Shown: positions 30,998 to 40,674 of the stretch, in pieces | Layout: each line of letters starts with the position of its first letter | How positions within the stretch are numbered: the first letter of the stretch is position 1 | Source: an uncultured Nitrospiraceae bacterium | Lineage (GTDB): Bacteria > Nitrospirota > Thermodesulfovibrionia > Thermodesulfovibrionales > Dissulfurispiraceae | Assembly (NCBI GenBank): GCA_963705105.1 | Contig: CAVPIW010000019.1 | Coordinates: forward strand, 1-64,000 | Direction: 5' to 3' | DNA length: 64,000 bases | Translations under genes and position numbers: made by a program | Notes under the pieces: model-generated | Database searches by the model: none | What the model was told of the DNA's origin: nothing | What the model saw: the letters and a program-made list of their open reading frames with translations, nothing else

Positions 30998-31124
30998 GGA
31001 AGACCTCCGTTTAATGATTAGTTATTTTTCGGGCCATAATTTTCAGTATTTATAACCCTAGGAGGCAAAAAAATACCGATGATATCTCCTCGCCCCCGCT
31101 TATTTTCCGTCTAATACTCCCGTT

Positions 31125-32414
31125 TCACACCAGTCCTGCCGTTCTTTCCCACATGACAAGAATTTCCGTCTCCTCCTCCCCATCGTTCTTCCAGCGCGCC
31201 GGAAAGGTGTCCCTCACAAAGAGCCCGTCTCCCTGGCTGAGATATTCCGTTTTGGCCTCCAGTGTCACCTCCGCGGCGCCCTTTACGACATAGAGGAACT
31301 GCGGCGACGTGTGATAGAGGAAGTGCCTGCCCAGGTCCGCCCCGGGTGGAATGACGGCGAGGCTGACGGAGAGGGTACCGGAGTTGAGAATCGGGAAGAC
31401 CCTGACCCCGTCTTCAAGCGCAGGGGGCTTCGACAAGACTTTGTCCCTTGGGAAAAGCCACGGCGCCGTCTCTTCCCTGCTTCCCTCCAGGAAATCCCCC
31501 GGCTTGACGGCCACGGCGGCGCACAGCTGGAGGAATGAGCTCAGGGACGGGCTGATCTGATTGTTTTCGAGCTGAGAGATGAAACTCGGTGTCAGCCCGA
31601 CCTTGACGGCGAGCTCCTTCTGGCTCATGCCCCGCCTCGTCCTCATCTCCCTGAGCCTGCCGCCGATATCGGTGGCGGGCTCCCGCTTCTGGGACGTGAT
31701 GGTCGCCATATCTTGCGTGATCTCGTACAGGTGGGGCTTGAAGGCCTCGCGGTCCTGTCGTCCCGAGAGTTTCAACGCCTTGATGAAGAGCTTTTCCTTT
31801 CTCTTGTAGAGATCGATGACGACCTGCGTGATGTGCCGCAGATTGGCCTTGAAATTCTGGCTATGAGCGTCCTTGTCCAAAATCCAGTAGGCGACGGTAT
31901 CGAGATCGAAAAGCCTCGGGCACATGTACGTGAAAAACTTGTATGTGCTGTTCTCGTCACCCCAGAGGTCCTGCATCCCCGTGAGGCTGTCGAGGACATA
32001 CCGTGTGCCTGCGGGGACATCGTCCTCGATGGATGTGAGGATGCGGGTGAACTCTTCGATGTTCTTCGGGTCGTTGACGCGGATCGTCCTGACGTTTCTC
32101 TCCCTTTCGTAATACTTCAGGAACGTCGGATCGTTCTTTCCCTTGCCCGACGTGAAGCAGTCGATGAGGATGAAGTATTCCGGTGTCAGGTACGGCGCGA
32201 TCTCGTTGATGATGCTCTGAGGCGACCTGTTGAAGCTGACGTAGATGACTTTCTGGGATTCGCTGTTGGACTGGCGGACGAAATTCTTGACGAATATGTC
32301 GTAGGCCGTCCCCGAGTCCACCTCCCATACGACATTATCGCCGATATGGAGTGAGTCGATAAGACTGTCGAGCGATGGTATTCCTGATGAAATATTAGCC
32401 ACGGTAAACGGCAA
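31125..32414 (-). CDS. KaiC/RAD55-like domain + XRE HTH + cupin regulator
   Basis: ISSGIPSLDSLI, VIYVSF, VLDSL (RecA/KaiC-like); IGGRLREMR..GMSQKELA..VGLTPSFISQLENNQISPS; C-terminal cupin. Confidence 0.8.
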   Translation of the reverse strand: MPFTVANISSGIPSLDSLIDSLHIGDNVVWEVDSGTAYDIFVKNFVRQSNSESQKVIYVSFNRSPQSIINEIAPYLTPEYFILIDCFTSGKGKNDPTFLKYYERERNVRTIRVNDPKNIEEFTRILTSIEDDVPAGTRYVLDSLTGMQDLWGDENSTYKFFTYMCPRLFDLDTVAYWILDKDAHSQNFKANLRHITQVVIDLYKRKEKLFIKALKLSGRQDREAFKPHLYEITQDMATITSQKREPATDIGGRLREMRTRRGMSQKELAVKVGLTPSFISQLENNQISPSLSSFLQLCAAVAVKPGDFLEGSREETAPWLFPRDKVLSKPPALEDGVRVFPILNSGTLSVSLAVIPPGADLGRHFLYHTSPQFLYVVKGAAEVTLEAKTEYLSQGDGLFVRDTFPARWKNDGEEETEILVMWERTAGLV

Positions 32415-32458
32415 CCTACTGTTAAGTACTTCAACTATAAATGAGTGCCCCTTCCTTT

Positions 32459-32475
32459 GTCAAGTAATACTTAAC
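32459..32475. promoter_or_regulatory. Palindrome overlapping a leftward -35 box, candidate operator
   Basis: GTCAAGTA-A-TACTTAAC; half-site GTTAAGTA repeated at 32421; minus-strand TTGACA-N18-TATAGT. Confidence 0.5.
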
Positions 32476-32513
32476 GCCAATCGTGTGGCTTAAAATATAT
32501 TAGAATCAATGAG

Positions 32514-32620
32514 TTGACAAAGTTGTCGCCTTGCCTTTACTATGGAGTAGGAATTATTGTCACTCGGCAATCGGTTACCGTCGGCGTCTATCCCTCCGTC
32601 TGGGCATAGACGCTCTTTTA
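32514..32620 (+). promoter_or_regulatory. Sigma70-type promoter plus leader ending in a terminator hairpin (candidate attenuator)
   Basis: TTGACA-N18-TACTAT, then GCGTCTATCCC...GGGCATAGACGC-TCTTTT about 50 nt before the mvhD ATG; resembles 5766-5879. Confidence 0.65.
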
Positions 32621-32668
32621 TGTGGAGACGGGTACAGTGAAACTAACAAAAGGATAAAAGAGACCCTC

Positions 32669-33106
32669 ATGGACCAACGAAGCGCCGGACTCAACCTCTC
32701 CATCTTTTTTTGCCAGCAACTGGACCCGGATCAGGATGTCAACAGGCGGGCCCTTGAAAAAGAACTCGGCAAACGCATCAGGTTCTTCCCCCTGCCCTGC
32801 AGCGGCCGGATCGATCCCCTCCACCTCATGCGTGCCCTCGAATCGGGGGCGGACAAGGTCTATCTCGTCACCTGTCCCGAAGGGGCTTGCCAATACCGCG
32901 AGGGAAACATCAGGGCGCGGAAACGTGTCGCCCATACGCAGACATTGATCGAAGAGATAGGGCTTGAGAGGGACCGCATCGAGCTGATCCTGTCACCGCC
33001 GGGCCCCGTCGCTACGGTTGATGAACTGGCGAGGGGACTCCTGGCCCGGGAGGCGACGGTCGGGGCATCTCCGGTGAGGGACAGGGAGACAGTAGGTAAT
33101 AGATAG
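32669..33106 (+). CDS. mvhD: MvhD/FlpD-family [2Fe-2S] protein
   Basis: FFC, PCSGRID...RALESGAD.V....C..GACQY.EGN motif; start moved to ATG 32669. Confidence 0.85.
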   Translation: MDQRSAGLNLSIFFCQQLDPDQDVNRRALEKELGKRIRFFPLPCSGRIDPLHLMRALESGADKVYLVTCPEGACQYREGNIRARKRVAHTQTLIEEIGLERDRIELILSPPGPVATVDELARGLLAREATVGASPVRDRETVGNR

Positions 33107-33159
33107 TAGTCAATAGTCAGCAAGGAAAATTTCGTACTGGATATAAAAGGAGTGTGGGC

Positions 33160-33828
33160 ATGATTACAGCAGAAAGAAAACCTTTGGAGGAAATCAGGGA
33201 GATGCTGGCGCCGTACAATAAGATCCTGGTGGCCGGTTGCGGCTCCTGCGTGGCCGAGTGCGCCTCAGGCGGAGAGAAGGAGGTGGGACTCCTCGCCTCG
33301 GCGCTCCGCATGGATGCAAAGATGTCCGGCAAAGACCCGGTCATTGACGAAATAACGCTGGACCGCCAGTGCGTCTATGAATTCATCGACGAACTGACAG
33401 GTCTTGTCGACCGTTACGACGTCGTCCTGTCCCTCGGGTGCGGCGCCGGTGTGCAGGCCGTGGCGGAGGTCTTCCCGAAAGTCCCCATCGTTCCCGCCCT
33501 CAACACGACTTTTATAGGGCAAACGAAGGAAGCGGGCCTGTGGATCGAAAACTGCAGGGGCTGCGGCGACTGCAAGCTCGGCTTTTTCGCAGCCGTCTGC
33601 CCCGTCACCCGCTGCGCAAAGGGACTCTTCAACGGCCCCTGCGGAGGGTCCCAATCCGGTCTCTGCGAGGTCGACCCGGACGTGCCCTGCGCGTGGCAGC
33701 TGATCGTGACGAGACTGGAAGACACGGGCCGCCTTGGCCTCCTCAGGGCGGTTCATCCGCCTGCTGACTGGTCGAAGCAGCAGGGGAAGGGACCGAGGAA
33801 AATCTACAGGGAGGATCAGAGAGCGTGA
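33160..33828 (+). CDS. metV: MetV (methylene-THF reductase Fe-S partner subunit)
   Basis: GCGSC...C, RQC, GCGAGVQ, CRGCGDC...CPVTRCAKGLFNGPCGG...CEV...CAW; overlaps the metF start. Confidence 0.88.
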   Translation: MITAERKPLEEIREMLAPYNKILVAGCGSCVAECASGGEKEVGLLASALRMDAKMSGKDPVIDEITLDRQCVYEFIDELTGLVDRYDVVLSLGCGAGVQAVAEVFPKVPIVPALNTTFIGQTKEAGLWIENCRGCGDCKLGFFAAVCPVTRCAKGLFNGPCGGSQSGLCEVDPDVPCAWQLIVTRLEDTGRLGLLRAVHPPADWSKQQGKGPRKIYREDQRA

Positions 33829-34748
33829 AGACAGGAAGCCGGCTCAAGGAAGTGCTGCAGAAGGGAGAGTTTGCCGTTACCGCCGAATGCGGTCCGCCCA
33901 AGGGGGCCGACCCGGAGGTGGTGAAGAACAAGGGAAAAATCCTCAGGGAATACACCGACAGCGTGAACGTCACGGACAACCAGACAGGCGTGGTCCGTCT
34001 CTCCAGCCTTGCCGCCTGTGCCTTGCTGAGGCAGGAGGGGATCGACCCGGTGCTCCAGATGGTCACCCGTGACCGCAACCGCATCGCGCTCCAGTCGGAC
34101 ATCCTGGGCGCCTCCGCCCTCGGCATACGCAATATCCTCTGTCTCTCCGGCGATCACCAGTGCTTCGGCAACCAGCCCCAGGCAAAGGGCGTCTTCGACA
34201 TCGACTCCATCCAGTTGATCCAGGCAGTCCGGCACATGAGAGACGCCGGTGAGATCATCGGGGGAGAGAAACTGACGGAGCCGCCAGACCTCTTCATCGG
34301 GGCGGCGGCAAATCCCTTTGCCGACCCGTTCAAATACCGCGCCGCCCGCCTTGCCGTCAAGGCCGACGCAGGCGCGGAGTTCATCCAGACACAGTGCATC
34401 TACAACCTCGGCCGCTTCAGGGAATGGATGGACCTCGTGAAGGACTACGGCGTCCTCGACAGGGTCTTCATCCTCGGCGGGGTGACTCCCCTCAAGTCGG
34501 CAAAAATGGCCGAATACATGAGCCGGAATGTCGCAGGCATGGATATCCCCGACGACGTTATCGCCAGGATGAAGTCCGTGCCTCCGAAGGAACAGCGCCG
34601 TGAAGGCATCAGGATCGCCGTGGAGACGATACAGGCCCTCCGTGAGATGGACGGCGTCCGAGGCGTTCATATCATGGCAATCGAATGGGAAGAGATCGTC
34701 CCGCAGATCGTGGAAGAGTCGAAGCTCTTCCCGAGACCGCAGGTCTGA
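33825..34748 (+). CDS. metF: Methylenetetrahydrofolate reductase
   Basis: VTAECGPPKG, NVTDN, RDRNRIALQSD, LSGD and FIQTQ motifs. Confidence 0.92.
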   Translation: MKTGSRLKEVLQKGEFAVTAECGPPKGADPEVVKNKGKILREYTDSVNVTDNQTGVVRLSSLAACALLRQEGIDPVLQMVTRDRNRIALQSDILGASALGIRNILCLSGDHQCFGNQPQAKGVFDIDSIQLIQAVRHMRDAGEIIGGEKLTEPPDLFIGAAANPFADPFKYRAARLAVKADAGAEFIQTQCIYNLGRFREWMDLVKDYGVLDRVFILGGVTPLKSAKMAEYMSRNVAGMDIPDDVIARMKSVPPKEQRREGIRIAVETIQALREMDGVRGVHIMAIEWEEIVPQIVEESKLFPRPQV

Positions 34749-34761
34749 GAGGAGGACCGGT

Positions 34762-36141
34762 ATGCCCCCGAAATATCATATCAAGAGCGAAAAAACGCCG
34801 AACCACTTTCAGGCGATCACCCGGTCCGGCGTCATCGCCTGGGAGGAGGGGTGCCTGAAGTGCGCCCGGTGCGTGAAAAAGGATTGCGTCTACCAGGTCT
34901 ACCACAAGCGGGGCATCGATGCCCGGCAGATGATCGAGTCCCTTGACAGCGTCTGCATGGACTGTTTCCGCTGTGTCCAGGGCTGTCCGAACAGGCTCAT
35001 CCAGAAGGGACTCAATCCATCCTACAAGGTCCTCGGGGACCATTACTGGACGCCGGAGATCATCAGCAATCTCTGGTACCAGGCGGAATCGGGCCGCATA
35101 CCCGTCTCAGGCGCCGGCTACGGTGGCCCTTTTTCGGGAGCGGGCTTCGACGCCATGTGGACGGACATGTCCGAAATCGTCCGCCCCACACGGGACGGCA
35201 TCCATGGCCGTGAATACATCAGCACCACCGTCGACGTGGGAAGGAAGCCATCCTTCCTCGAGTTCGACAGCAACGGCGCCCTGGCGCACACTCCGCCGCC
35301 CCTCGTCGAGCTGCCCCTGCCTATCCTCTTTGACGTCCTGCCCTGGTCGCCGCCGCGGAGGGGGATCCATCCCGCCTTCCTCGAAGGAGCGAGGTCGACA
35401 GGGACCATGACCGTCATCCGCCAGGGGGAATTCGGTCCTTCCATGGATGAGTACCTTCCCTACATCGTTCTGTATGCCGACGAGGATGTCTCCGCCGTCC
35501 ACCCGTCCGTCATCGCCCGGCTGCGCATGGTGGAGATACCGGACGGGGACAGTGTCATGACGGCGCAGCGAACGCTGAAGGAGATGAACCCCGGCCTGGT
35601 GGTCCTTGTGAGGATATCCCTCGATCCCTCATCGGCCGAGAGGGTCTGCAGGCTTGTCGGAGAGGGCGCTGAAGCCGTCCATCTCGTTGCCGACGAGTTC
35701 GGCAATGAGATGGCGGAGAAACCTCTCTTTATCAAGGAAAGGATGCGCAAGATCCACCTCCGCCTCGTCGAGGAGGGGGTGCGGGACCGGGTCACCCTCA
35801 TTGCCGGAGGCGGCATCGCCATGGCGGAGCACGTGGCGAAGCTCATCATCTGCGGGGCGGACCTCGTGTCCGTGGACATCCCGCTCCTCGTCGCGATGGA
35901 ATGCCGCGTCTGCAGGCGCTGCAGGGAGGGCATCGACTGTCCCGTGGAACTGGAAAGCGTCGACCCCCGGTGGGGCTCGGCCCGCATCCGGAACCTCATG
36001 GCCGGCTGGCACAGCCAACTCCTCGAGATCCTCGGGGCGATGGGCATCCGTGAAGTGCGCAGGATTAGGGGAGAAATGGGCCGCGCCATGTTCTTCGAGG
36101 ACCTCGAGAGGGACATGTTCGCCACTTTGGGTCGAAGGTGA
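34762..36141 (+). CDS. Degenerate glutamate synthase FMN-domain paralogue with ferredoxin-type clusters
   Basis: CLKCARC, CMDCFRCVQGCP, GFD, RDRVTLIAGGG, GAD and ECRVCRRC...CP retained; GEGG and QGAKPG motifs absent; ATG behind GAGGAGG. Confidence 0.75.
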   Translation: MPPKYHIKSEKTPNHFQAITRSGVIAWEEGCLKCARCVKKDCVYQVYHKRGIDARQMIESLDSVCMDCFRCVQGCPNRLIQKGLNPSYKVLGDHYWTPEIISNLWYQAESGRIPVSGAGYGGPFSGAGFDAMWTDMSEIVRPTRDGIHGREYISTTVDVGRKPSFLEFDSNGALAHTPPPLVELPLPILFDVLPWSPPRRGIHPAFLEGARSTGTMTVIRQGEFGPSMDEYLPYIVLYADEDVSAVHPSVIARLRMVEIPDGDSVMTAQRTLKEMNPGLVVLVRISLDPSSAERVCRLVGEGAEAVHLVADEFGNEMAEKPLFIKERMRKIHLRLVEEGVRDRVTLIAGGGIAMAEHVAKLIICGADLVSVDIPLLVAMECRVCRRCREGIDCPVELESVDPRWGSARIRNLMAGWHSQLLEILGAMGIREVRRIRGEMGRAMFFEDLERDMFATLGRR

Positions 36142-36151
36142 CCGGGGATAT

Positions 36152-36197
36152 GCAAGGCTTTGAGGCGCTTCGCACCGCCTGTGTATGCAACGACAGG
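36152..36197 (+). mobile_element. Right-arm fragment of the MITE-like family inside the operon
   Basis: GCAAGGCTTTGAGGCGCTTCGCACCGCCTGTGTATGCAAC. Confidence 0.75.
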
Positions 36198-36253
36198 ACG
36201 AATTTTTCTTTGCGCTCTTTGCGACTTTGCGTGAGACAAGATGAGGTGATACA

Positions 36254-37774
36254 GTGACGACACTATATGAGACATTGGATTTGCCGGCGGTGAGGCCGGC
36301 GCCGAGCCGTTTCCGCAACGCCCTCGGCAGATACCGCATCTCCGTGAGCAAGGCCTGCACGAACTGCGGGCTCTGCGTGGAGCTCTGCCCGTACGGCGTG
36401 TACCAGGCGGGCGCGAAAAGACCGAAAGTCGCCGCGGAGCACTTCTGCATCGGCTTTCCCTGCAGCGAAAAGGACTTCCACTGCGTGCGGAGATGTCCCG
36501 AAGGGGCCATCGACCTCCGCCTCAACCCGTCCTTCGAGATCCTCGGGGACAGGCGGTGGCCGGCGGACCTGCTCGCCGCCACCTGGCATATGGCCGAGAC
36601 GGGAGAGATCCCGCACCAGGGACTGAATTACAAAACGGGGGATTCCGGCGGCGGCTTCGACAAGCTCCGGTTCATCTTTCCCCGGGAGCAGGGGCCCGAC
36701 ATCACCGAAGAGGACATATCGACAGCCATCGAGCTGAACCGCTCGGGAGACTCGAGGCCCGGCATTTCGATCCCCGTTCCCTTCTATCTCGGCGGCATGT
36801 CCTTCGGCTCCGTCAGCATCGTCACCATGCTCTCCCGCGTCAGGGCGGCGGCGGCCCTCAAGACCTTCTGCTGCACCGGCGAGGGCGGGTACCCCGAGGA
36901 GCTCATCCCCTATGATGACTATATCATCACGCAGGTGGCGACGGGGCTCTTCGGCGTCAGGGAAGAGACGATCAAGCGCGTCCGGATCGTGGAGTTTAAA
37001 TATGCCCAGGGGGCGAAACCGGGCCTCGGCGGACATCTCCTCGGCGACAAGGTGACGCCCCGTGTGGCCCGTATGCGCGAGGCCGTCGCGGGCAACGCCC
37101 TCTTCTCTCCCTTCCCGTTCCACAGCGTTTATTCCGTGGAAGACCACAAGAAGCACGTGGACTGGATCAAGGAGACGAACCCCCGCACCCTCGTGTCGGT
37201 GAAGGTCTCGACGCCGACGGACGTAGACATGGTGGCCGTGGGGAGTTACTTCGCCGGCGCGCACATCGTCCAGCTCGACGGGAGCTACGGGGGCACGGGC
37301 GCGGCGCCTGACATCGCCAAGAAGAACATCGCCATGCCCGTTGAGTACGCCATCCCGAAGGTGCACAAGTTCCTCAGCGAAGAGGGCATCCGGGACAAGA
37401 TAACCATAATCGCCAGCGGCGGGATACGGTCCGCCTATGACATGGCGAAGGCCATCGCCCTGGGCGCCGACGGCGTCTGCCTCGGCACGGCCGATCTCGT
37501 CGCCCTCGAATGCATCCGCTGCCACCACTGCGAATCGGGCAGGGGCTGCGCGCGGGGCATCGCCACGACGGACGAGGAACTGACGCACCTCATGGACCTC
37601 GAATGGGCAACGCAGCGGATCATCAATATGTACATGAGCTGGCGGCGCCAGCTCGTCGGCATCCTCAGGCGGCTGGGCATGAGGAGCGTCACCGAGCTCG
37701 TGGGCCGCTTCGACGTGATCGGGCACCTCGATTACATCAGTCAGGACGACATCGAGGGGGAACTGGAACTATGA
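36254..37774 (+). CDS. Glutamate synthase FMN-binding subunit (GltB domain 2) with N-terminal Fe-S
   Basis: MSFGSVS, TGEGG, QVATGLFGV, EFKYAQGAKPGLGGHL, DGSYGGTGAAP and CIRCHHCESGRGCARGIAT motifs. Confidence 0.92.
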   Translation: MTTLYETLDLPAVRPAPSRFRNALGRYRISVSKACTNCGLCVELCPYGVYQAGAKRPKVAAEHFCIGFPCSEKDFHCVRRCPEGAIDLRLNPSFEILGDRRWPADLLAATWHMAETGEIPHQGLNYKTGDSGGGFDKLRFIFPREQGPDITEEDISTAIELNRSGDSRPGISIPVPFYLGGMSFGSVSIVTMLSRVRAAAALKTFCCTGEGGYPEELIPYDDYIITQVATGLFGVREETIKRVRIVEFKYAQGAKPGLGGHLLGDKVTPRVARMREAVAGNALFSPFPFHSVYSVEDHKKHVDWIKETNPRTLVSVKVSTPTDVDMVAVGSYFAGAHIVQLDGSYGGTGAAPDIAKKNIAMPVEYAIPKVHKFLSEEGIRDKITIIASGGIRSAYDMAKAIALGADGVCLGTADLVALECIRCHHCESGRGCARGIATTDEELTHLMDLEWATQRIINMYMSWRRQLVGILRRLGMRSVTELVGRFDVIGHLDYISQDDIEGELEL

Positions 37775-37793
37775 CAAACAGCGGGGGTTCACG

Positions 37794-40445
37794 ATGAAAG
37801 GGCAAAGCAGAGCAGACGCGATTATCGCTTCGCGGCATCATTTCCGCGAGGCCGAGAGACTGGTGCACAGATCCGGCATGGAGGTCGAGGAAGGCGGATG
37901 CGGGGTCACGGGGTTCGCGTGCAGCATCCCCGTGAGCGGCCGCCACATCTTCGAGCCCTCCGTGCAGATGCACAACAGGGGAAACGGCAAGGGAGGCGGT
38001 CTTGCGGCCGTCGGGCTCAGGCCTGAGCAGCTCGGGGTAGACAGGGAGACCCTCGACAATGATTTCCTCCTGCAGGTGGCGCTCATCGATGAGACAGTCC
38101 TGCCCGAGATGGAGTCCCGCTTCATCCGCCCTCACTTCCGCGTTGCCCACGAGGCCTTCGTCGAGACCGTCGACGACTACCGCGACATCCCCGGACTCGA
38201 GGTGAAACCGCCGGCAGTGAAACGCTATTTCGTGCGGGCCACGCCGGAGGCCCTGGACCGGTTCGCAAAGGATCGCGGACTCGAAAGCCTGCCCGCAGAG
38301 AGGCTGGAAGAGGAGTTCATCTACCAGAACAGCTATCAGCTGAACCTCGCCCTCTACAGCTCCCTCGGCGACAAGAGGGCCTTCGTCCTGTCCCACGGCA
38401 GGAACATGATGATCCTGAAGATCGTCGGCTATGCCGAGATGGTCGCCCAGTATTACAAACTCGAGCACTTCGACGCCCACATCTGGATCGCCCACCAGCG
38501 CTATCCCACCAAGGGCCGCGTGTGGCACCCGGGCGGAGCGCACCCCTTCATCGGCCTCGACGAGGCCCTTGTGCACAACGGCGATTTTGCGAACTACTAT
38601 TCCGTCTCGGAATACCTGAAGCAGCGCAACATCTATCCGCTGTTTCTCACAGATACGGAAGTCTCCGTCCAGGTCTTCGACCTCCTGAACAGGGTCTGCG
38701 GGTATCCCCTGGAATACATTATCGAGGCACTCGCGCCGACGGGCGAGATGGATTTCGATCACCTGCCGGTGGAAAAGCAGCGCATCTACCGGCAGATCCA
38801 GGCGACGCACATCCACGGCTCACCGGACGGTCCCTGGTTCTTCATCATCGCGCGGAACCACCGCCGCAGAAAACAGTTCCAGCTCATCGGCATCACCGAT
38901 ACGGCGATGCTCCGGCCCCAGGTCTTCGCCATCCAGAAAGGAGAAGTGGAGATCGGGCTGATCTGTTCCGAGAAACAGGCTATCGACGCGACACTGGAGA
39001 GCCTCGCAAAGGAAGACCCCCGGTTCGGGACCGTGGCCGACCATTACTGGAATGCCCGGGGGGGCAGCTATACCGACGGCGGCGCCTTCATCTTCTCTAT
39101 CGGTGGGTCGGAGCCCGGAAAGATGTCCCTCACCTGCACGGACAAGTTCGGACGGCCCGTCGATGTCCCCACGGACCAGCCCCCTCTCGACGTCCGTGCG
39201 AAACTTCCTGTCGCGGCGACACCCTATGTGGACCACATGGCGGACATCATGCGCGGTCTCTCCGGCAATACGGTCGAGGAGCTCTTCAACGGCCTCAGGC
39301 GTGATATGGAGGAATGGGACTATGCACAGCTCCGTGCCTTCCTCAACCACCTCGTCGGCCTTGCGGACAAGGACAACCTGAAAGGTCCTGTGATCAGGCT
39401 CCTCACGCTTCTCCTGGACCGCCGCTACCCCACCGGCAACAAGAGACGCCGCTCCGTGCTCCAGATGGTCAGCGGCACCCTTGATCCAATATTCAGGGCA
39501 ATACCCCTGATCAACGATACGGGGACTGTCTCCTCGTTCCGGAGGATCGGCTTTGAAAGCCGCCATATCCTGAGCGGCCCGAGGGAAGGAGAACAGGTCC
39601 TTGTCGCCGATGCAGGACCTTTCCCGCCCGAAGGGGATGAATCGTTCGCACGCCTGATATCGAACGCCTACGACCTCGGCTGGAAGCGCTTCATCTGTTT
39701 CGGCCATCGCGGTCAGCGCTTCCTCGGCTGCGGTTTCGGACCGGACACGAGGGGAGTGCGCATCGACGCCTATGGCTCCAGCGGCGACTACCTCGCCTCC
39801 GGCGTCGACGGCATGGAGATCCACGTGCACGGCAATGCCCAGGACCAGCTCGGCCAGATCATGAAGGCAGGGAAACTCGTGGTGCACGGCGATGTGGGCC
39901 AGACCTTCATGTACGGCGCCAAGGGCGGTGAGGTCTTCGTGCTGGGGAACGCGGCGGGCCGCCCTCTCATCAACGCCGTGGGGAAACCGCGCGTCGTCAT
40001 CAACGGCACGGCCCTGGACTACCTGGCCGAATCGTTCATGGCAGGAGATCCTCACAACGGCGGAGGCTTCGTCATCCTCAACGGGATAACCTTCGACAGG
40101 GACGGCCGCGTCACGCCCCTTGAAATACCCTATCCCGGGTCGAACCTCTTCTCGCTCGCCTCGGGAGGCGCCATATTCGTCCGCGATCCCCGTCACAGCA
40201 TCGTGCCCGAACAGCTCAACGGCGGGCAGATCCTGCGCTTCACCAGGAAAGACTGGGCTTTGATACTGCCTTATCTGAAGGAGAATGAGCGACTCTTCGG
40301 CATCTCCGTCGATGCGCTGCTGACCGTCGACGGAGTGAAACGCAAACCGGAGGATGTCTACCGCACCATCGCCGCCGTCAAGCTCTCGGTCCTCTCGGCG
40401 AGCACGGCCCTTGCCATGAACGAGGAGTGGGTGGAGGCGGAATAG
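37794..40445 (+). CDS. Glutamate synthase GATase (domain 1) + GXGXG (domain 3) fusion
   Basis: EEGGCGVTG propeptide-like Cys, HQRYPT, AHPF, HNGD; C-terminal GQRFLGCG, GDVGQTFMYGAKGG repeats. Confidence 0.9.
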   Translation: MKGQSRADAIIASRHHFREAERLVHRSGMEVEEGGCGVTGFACSIPVSGRHIFEPSVQMHNRGNGKGGGLAAVGLRPEQLGVDRETLDNDFLLQVALIDETVLPEMESRFIRPHFRVAHEAFVETVDDYRDIPGLEVKPPAVKRYFVRATPEALDRFAKDRGLESLPAERLEEEFIYQNSYQLNLALYSSLGDKRAFVLSHGRNMMILKIVGYAEMVAQYYKLEHFDAHIWIAHQRYPTKGRVWHPGGAHPFIGLDEALVHNGDFANYYSVSEYLKQRNIYPLFLTDTEVSVQVFDLLNRVCGYPLEYIIEALAPTGEMDFDHLPVEKQRIYRQIQATHIHGSPDGPWFFIIARNHRRRKQFQLIGITDTAMLRPQVFAIQKGEVEIGLICSEKQAIDATLESLAKEDPRFGTVADHYWNARGGSYTDGGAFIFSIGGSEPGKMSLTCTDKFGRPVDVPTDQPPLDVRAKLPVAATPYVDHMADIMRGLSGNTVEELFNGLRRDMEEWDYAQLRAFLNHLVGLADKDNLKGPVIRLLTLLLDRRYPTGNKRRRSVLQMVSGTLDPIFRAIPLINDTGTVSSFRRIGFESRHILSGPREGEQVLVADAGPFPPEGDESFARLISNAYDLGWKRFICFGHRGQRFLGCGFGPDTRGVRIDAYGSSGDYLASGVDGMEIHVHGNAQDQLGQIMKAGKLVVHGDVGQTFMYGAKGGEVFVLGNAAGRPLINAVGKPRVVINGTALDYLAESFMAGDPHNGGGFVILNGITFDRDGRVTPLEIPYPGSNLFSLASGGAIFVRDPRHSIVPEQLNGGQILRFTRKDWALILPYLKENERLFGISVDALLTVDGVKRKPEDVYRTIAAVKLSVLSASTALAMNEEWVEAE

Positions 40446-40478
40446 CGAGGAACGATTTCCTTTTTCAGGAACAAACGG

Positions 40479-40512
40479 ACGGGGTCGGTGATTGCACCGG
40501 CCCCGTTTTTTT
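40479..40512 (+). terminator. Intrinsic terminator of the mvhD-metVF-gltB operon
   Basis: ACGGGGTCGGTG-ATTG-CACCGGCCCCGT followed by a T run. Confidence 0.85.
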
Positions 40513-40674
40513 CATCGTCGTGTACCACAAAAAAAATCCGGCAGACACGGGGCATAGAAGGATTAAAGGTTCCCTGTTATACCACCTTGGATCTCCTGAG
40601 GGCAGTATAAGCCTGATCGGCCGATTTCCGAGGGGCCGCTTTTCTCTTGTATCCCGATCTAGTATGATAAGAGT

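Noticed and set aside
30998..31124. Archaeal NrpR operator GGAA-N6-TTCC upstream of nitrogen genes
   Set aside because: No convincing match here or in the 5700-5950 and 32415-32668 intergenic regions
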